A stretch of DNA of 34,179 bases, filler included, from Thermoplasmatota archaeon (GTDB lineage Archaea > Thermoplasmatota > E2 > JACPAO01 > JAHFTW01), in the NCBI GenBank assembly GCA_041623215.1. It is 18 parts of 18 records of this genome, joined end to end, with 100 filler letters (N's around TTAATTAATTAA, not from the genome) between each part and the next. Parts side by side here need not be neighbours in the genome. Positions count along the whole stretch, not along the records: positions 29,337 to 30,899 come from JBFJXH010000221.1; positions 31,000 to 32,552 come from JBFJXH010000222.1; positions 32,653 to 34,179 come from JBFJXH010000223.1; 15 more parts are not named here. One strand, given 5' to 3'. The notes below the pieces were generated by a model. It did no database searches and was not told where the DNA came from. It saw only the letters and a program-made list of their open reading frames with translations. The translations under genes and the position numbers were made by a program. Below are positions 30,617 to 34,179 of the stretch, in pieces; positions within the stretch are counted from its first letter, which is position 1; each line of letters begins with the position of its first letter.

Positions 30617-30899
30617 GTGCACCATCTGACCAGTGACACGACCTACTTCGAGGACTTCACCGTTGGAGACGTCCTTGTTCACGCTCGGGGCCGCACAATT
30701 CCAGATTCGGAGCACGTCGTCGCCACGACGACCGCCCTGAACACGGCGCAAATCCACTTCAACCAGCACCTGACCACGAACGATCCTGCCATGCAGGCGC
30801 AAACGGGCGGCGAGCGGTTGGTGGTGGGCACGTACGTCTTGGCTGTGTGCATGGGACTTGCATCGCAAGACACGACAGAGAATGCATCACGCATCGTGC
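30617..30899 (+). CDS. MaoC-like (hotdog fold) dehydratase (3' truncated)
   Basis: YFEDFTVGDVLVHARGRTI, NTAQIHFN, RLVVG, GLASQD. Confidence 0.88.
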
Positions 30900-30999
30900 N
30901 NNNNNNNNNNNNNNNNNNNNNNNNNNNNNNNNNNNNNNNNNNNTTAATTAATTAANNNNNNNNNNNNNNNNNNNNNNNNNNNNNNNNNNNNNNNNNNNN

Positions 31000-31372
31000 C
31001 AAGTTGCTTGGTGGCCGCAGCCCCTTCTTTGGGCAATTCAAACAAGGTCTTCTCTTCCTTCTCGGCGGCGACGGGCTCGTCCGCAACAGCGGGTTGCGCG
31101 TCATCTTCCTTATCCGATGAAGCCGAAGCGCCGCCGGCACCATCGTCAATGTCGGCGATGACTTGACCCACTTGGGCCATGTCGCCTTCGGCGAAGTACA
31201 ATTTGCCGATCTTGCCGGCGCGGGGACTGGTGAGTTCGACGGTTGCCTTGTCCGTCATGACCTCGACGAAGGGCTCGTCCTCGGCGACGGGGTCGCCTTC
31301 CTGTTTGAGCCAGGATACGATTTCGCCTTCCTGGATTCCTTCGCCAATATCGGGCAGTTTGAAGCTGAACAT
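31000..31372 (-). CDS. pdhC: 2-oxoacid dehydrogenase E2, lipoyl domain (3' truncated)
   Basis: MFSFKLPDIGEGIQEGEIVSW...EVMTDKATVE (lipoyl-Lys), followed by an Ala/Glu linker. Pyruvate versus branched-chain specificity cannot be determined. Confidence 0.9.
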
Positions 31373-31385
31373 TTGTTGTCCTCGG

Positions 31386-32360
31386 TCAGTAGTTGATGAC
31401 GCGTTCCATGGCGTCCATGATGCGGTTCGGTGTGGGCATGTAGAGCCCTTCGAGCGTGTAGGGGAAAGGTACGTCGTAGCCGGTGACGCGAGCGATGGGG
31501 GCTTCCATGTATTCGATGGCTTCCTCCGCCACGGTGGCGCTGATTTCACTGCACATGCCCCCCGTGAGCGGTGCTTCGTTCACCACGACAAGGCGACCCG
31601 TCTTCTTGGCGGAGGCGAGTACCGCCTCCTTGTCCCATGGGTAAATAGTTCGCAAGTCGATGACTTCTGCATCCACGCCACTTTCCGCTGCGGCTGCCGC
31701 TGCCTTGAGCGTCATGGGCATGGTGGACCCGTACGACACGAGAGTAATGTCCGTGCCTTCGCGGCGCACGGCTGCCTTGCCAATCTCCTCTTCGTAGTAA
31801 TCCTCACTCACATCGCCCTTGGCGGCTCGATAGAGCGCCTTTGGCTCCATGAAGATAACTGGATCATCCAGATTGATGCTTGCGTGCAGCAATCCCTTGG
31901 CATCGTGCGGGGTGCTTGGCGCCACAATGGTGAGGCCGCTTCCGTAGAGGAAGGGCGCCTCGCCGCTTTGCGAGTGATAATGGCCGCCCCGGATGCCGCC
32001 GCCATAGGGCGTCCGGACCGTCATCGGGCACCAGTATTCGCCGCCGCTGCGGTACCGGAGCTTGGCGGCCTCGTTGACCAGTTGGTCGTAGGCGGGCCAG
32101 ATGTAATCCATGAACTGGATTTCTGGTACGGGACGTAAGCCGTAGGCCGCCATGCCAATGGCAGCTCCCACGATGAGATTCTCGTTCAGGGGCGTGTCGA
32201 AGCAGCGGTCTTCCCCGTGTTTGGCCGTAAGGCCATCCGTGGCCCGGAACACCCCGCCGTTGGGCCCGACATCCTCGCCGAAGACCACCACGTCACGGTC
32301 GCGCTCCATGGCTTGGTCAAGCGTATGGGTCACGGCTTGAATGAGGGTCATGGTGGTCAT
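31386..32360 (-). CDS. pdhB: 2-oxoacid dehydrogenase E1 beta subunit (324 aa)
   Basis: GEDVGPNGGVFRATDGL, FDTPLNE, EIQFMDY, HSQS, DPVIFMEPK, IDLRTIYP, KTGRLVVV. ATG at 32360. Confidence 0.93.
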   Translation of the reverse strand: MTTMTLIQAVTHTLDQAMERDRDVVVFGEDVGPNGGVFRATDGLTAKHGEDRCFDTPLNENLIVGAAIGMAAYGLRPVPEIQFMDYIWPAYDQLVNEAAKLRYRSGGEYWCPMTVRTPYGGGIRGGHYHSQSGEAPFLYGSGLTIVAPSTPHDAKGLLHASINLDDPVIFMEPKALYRAAKGDVSEDYYEEEIGKAAVRREGTDITLVSYGSTMPMTLKAAAAAAESGVDAEVIDLRTIYPWDKEAVLASAKKTGRLVVVNEAPLTGGMCSEISATVAEEAIEYMEAPIARVTGYDVPFPYTLEGLYMPTPNRIMDAMERVINY

Positions 32361-32536
32361 GCTGCCACCGCCTTTTGTTGCCCCCATGCGAACACCATGA
32401 TGCCGAGGCCGAAGAGCGCAATGCCAAGGATGACGAGATCGGTTGCTAGGCTCGGGCCCATTCGGCCCACGGCGAGTGCGGCGGCGGCGCCCGTTGTGAG
32501 CCCCGAGCCATACCACAGCGTTTCACCTGGTTTCAT
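32357..32536 (-). CDS. Small 59-aa membrane protein (below the ORF-track cut-off)
   Basis: GGAGG 7 nt upstream of the ATG at 32536. Translation MKPGETLWYGSGLTTGAAAALAVGRMGPSLATDLVILGIALFGLGIMVFAWGQQKAVAA; its stop overlaps the E1beta ATG (ATGA). Confidence 0.65.
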   Translation of the reverse strand: MKPGETLWYGSGLTTGAAAALAVGRMGPSLATDLVILGIALFGLGIMVFAWGQQKAVAA

Positions 32537-32652
32537 TGCGCTGCCTCCGATGNNNNNNNNNNNNNNNNNNNNNNNNNNNNNNNNNNNNNNNNNNNNTTAA
32601 TTAATTAANNNNNNNNNNNNNNNNNNNNNNNNNNNNNNNNNNNNNNNNNNNN

Positions 32653-33171
32653 ATGGCGGGCAAAGTCATCGCCTTGGCGGAGTTCGAGGCGTTCGGCGCC
32701 CAGTACGCGGCGGACATTGTGGCCAACGCGCAGGCGCTCGCACAAGGCCTCGCCGCACAGGGCATCGAGGTGCTTGGGGAAGCGCGCGGCTATACTGCGA
32801 GCCACCAGGTGGTAACGCGCCACGGGGCGCCAGACGACGGTTCCGGGGCCCAGGCAGCGGCGCTTCTCGAGGCAGCCGGCATCATCACGAACATGAACAT
32901 GCTTCCAGGCGACACCAAACCGATGCGCCCCAGCGGATTGCGCCTTGGCGTGCAAGAGTTGACTCGCGTCGGCTGCACCAAAGATGACATGCAAGACGTC
33001 GCCCGGTGGTTCCGCGAAGTGCTCATGGACGGCAAGGAGCCAGCCGCCGTCGCCGCGGAAATCCAATCATTCAGGCAGGAGCGACAGTTGGTGCACTACT
33101 GCTTCAACGACGAGGGGCACGGTGGCTATGCGTGGCACGACCTCGTCGGCAAGCCGACCGTGATGGCGTGA
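32653..33171 (+). CDS. glyA: Serine hydroxymethyltransferase, archaeal type (5' truncated)
   Basis: YAADIVANAQALA, GYTASHQV, LEAAGIITNMNMLPGD, PSGLRLGVQELTRVG. Confidence 0.93.
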   Translation: MAGKVIALAEFEAFGAQYAADIVANAQALAQGLAAQGIEVLGEARGYTASHQVVTRHGAPDDGSGAQAAALLEAAGIITNMNMLPGDTKPMRPSGLRLGVQELTRVGCTKDDMQDVARWFREVLMDGKEPAAVAAEIQSFRQERQLVHYCFNDEGHGGYAWHDLVGKPTVMA

Positions 33172-33716
33172 ACCGTGATGTCGTGAGTCGAACGGCCATC
33201 ACCGGCACCCCCTGCACGGGCAAAACGACGCTGGCCGAACTGCTGCGCAGCCAAGGACACACCGTCGTTGACCTCAAGCAGTGGGCAAGCGAACAGCACG
33301 CAGTGGTCGGCCACGACGACGCCGATAACGCGGACATCATTGACATGGAGGCCTTGGCCACAGCGGCCGAGCGTCTGCCGACATCCTGCTTCATCGAGGG
33401 GCACCTCGCTCATTTGTTGCCCCTTGAGGCCATCTGGGTAATCCGTTGCGACCCTGCGACGCTACGACCACGACTCCAGAAGCGGGGCTATGCCGAGACC
33501 AAAGTGCTGGAAAACTTGGAAGCGGAGGCACTGGACATCATCCTCCAGGAGGCGCTGGCTGCTTCCGAGCAGTCAGGCGCCCGCGTAATACAACGCGACG
33601 CGAGCACGCGGTCACCCGAGGCGTTGTTGTCGGCGTTCACCGAAAGCTCCATCGAAGCGCCTAAAGCCCACGACTTGGAGCCGGTTGACTGGAGCCATCG
33701 GCTCCCCTTCGCGTGA
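33168..33716 (+). CDS. AK6/Fap7-type archaeal adenylate kinase
   Basis: ITGTPCTGKTT P-loop, IEGHLAH, IRCDP..RLQKRGY..KVLENLEAE. GTG start overlaps the glyA stop (alternative GTG at 33183). Confidence 0.9.
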   Translation: MNRDVVSRTAITGTPCTGKTTLAELLRSQGHTVVDLKQWASEQHAVVGHDDADNADIIDMEALATAAERLPTSCFIEGHLAHLLPLEAIWVIRCDPATLRPRLQKRGYAETKVLENLEAEALDIILQEALAASEQSGARVIQRDASTRSPEALLSAFTESSIEAPKAHDLEPVDWSHRLPFA

Positions 33717-33722
33717 AGCCCC

Positions 33723-34179
33723 ATGGTTCTTGATCAACACCGTGCCGTGCTCGACTGGTGGCTCGTCCCCCTTGCCAAGGCGTGCCGCAACATCAATCCC
33801 AACACCATCACGTGGATTAGCTTCGCCTTCGCCGTGGCTGGCGGCTTGGCCTTCTGGCAAAGTGGTCCCGAGGCGCTGTGGCTCCTGTGGGTTGCCGCGC
33901 TTTGCACAATTGCCAATGGGGTGCTTGATGTTCTTGACGGCAAAGTAGCCACGATTACCGGGCGCATGACGCCCAAGGGTGACTACCTAGATCATGCGCT
34001 GGATCGCTTCAGCGACGCGGTCCTCATCGCGGGCATTGCGTTTAGCCCGTGGGCGCGCATGGAGTGGGGGTTGTTGGCCATCATCGGCACCTTGCTAACC
34101 AGCTACCTGGGCACGCAGGCGCAAGCCATCGGCCTAGGCCGCAACTATGGTGGCATGCTGGGCCGCGCCGACCGCTTGG
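33723..34179 (+). CDS. CDP-alcohol phosphatidyltransferase (archaetidylinositol-phosphate synthase-like), 3' truncated
   Basis: Read manually: INPNTIT...DVLDGKVATITGRMTPKGDYLDHALDRFSD...TSYLGTQAQAIG..GGMLGRADRL. Confidence 0.92.
   Translation, partial: MVLDQHRAVLDWWLVPLAKACRNINPNTITWISFAFAVAGGLAFWQSGPEALWLLWVAALCTIANGVLDVLDGKVATITGRMTPKGDYLDHALDRFSDAVLIAGIAFSPWARMEWGLLAIIGTLLTSYLGTQAQAIGLGRNYGGMLGRADRL

Noticed and set aside
33198..33230. P-loop GTPCTGKTT with Cys instead of Gly in the AK6 kinase
   Set aside because: This is a variable position of GxxxxGKT; the other motifs are intact.
44..33976. Numerous long overlapping or antisense ORFs in the track (e.g. 594-1379, 11320-12279, 19323-20312, 31179-32138)
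   Set aside because: Shadow ORFs expected in high-GC DNA opposite well-supported genes; no recognisable motifs.
1..34179. CRISPR arrays, transposases, integrases, phage or defence genes
   Set aside because: No repeat-spacer array or recognisable motif for these was seen.

Overview
This window is not a contiguous locus. It consists of 18 short contigs (about 2.1 to 1.5 kb, in strictly decreasing length) joined by 17 artificial 100-nt spacers (44 N + TTAATTAATTAA + 44 N), so gene neighbourhood is meaningful only inside each contig. The content points to a high-GC archaeon, probably an uncultured Thermoplasmatota (inferred from an archaeal-type PheT, an Nre DNA-repair protein with PIP box, an initiator tRNA with A1-U72, an AK6 kinase next to a CDP-alcohol phosphatidyltransferase, and PGF-CTERM-like sorting tails). 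Housekeeping genes: Nif3-like, pheT, nadA, queE, trpG, trpD, nre, acyl-CoA dehydrogenase, MaoC-like dehydratase, 2-oxoacid dehydrogenase E1beta and E2, glyA, tRNA-Glu(CTC), tRNA-iMet. There are also many large Ig/CARDB/beta-propeller surface proteins. Most notable observations: (1) a ferritin-like di-iron domain fused to an E2/CAT-type acyltransferase domain with no lipoyl domain (24223-25865); (2) two paralogous multi-TM receptor-like proteins that end in a TerB-like helical module instead of a kinase; (3) one of those paralogs switches in frame to a foreign-looking linalool dehydratase/isomerase-like C-terminus, probably a chimera; (4) a duplicated tRNA-Glu 3' half that can refold as a minihelix; (5) an ABC permease with two inserted CARDB domains; (6) two small genes, a 59-aa membrane protein in the 2-oxoacid dehydrogenase operon and a 76-aa FSNP-repeat peptide; (7) a degenerate promoter-like motif ending in AAG at about -30 to -24. 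All family calls come from motif recognition by eye; no database searches were run.
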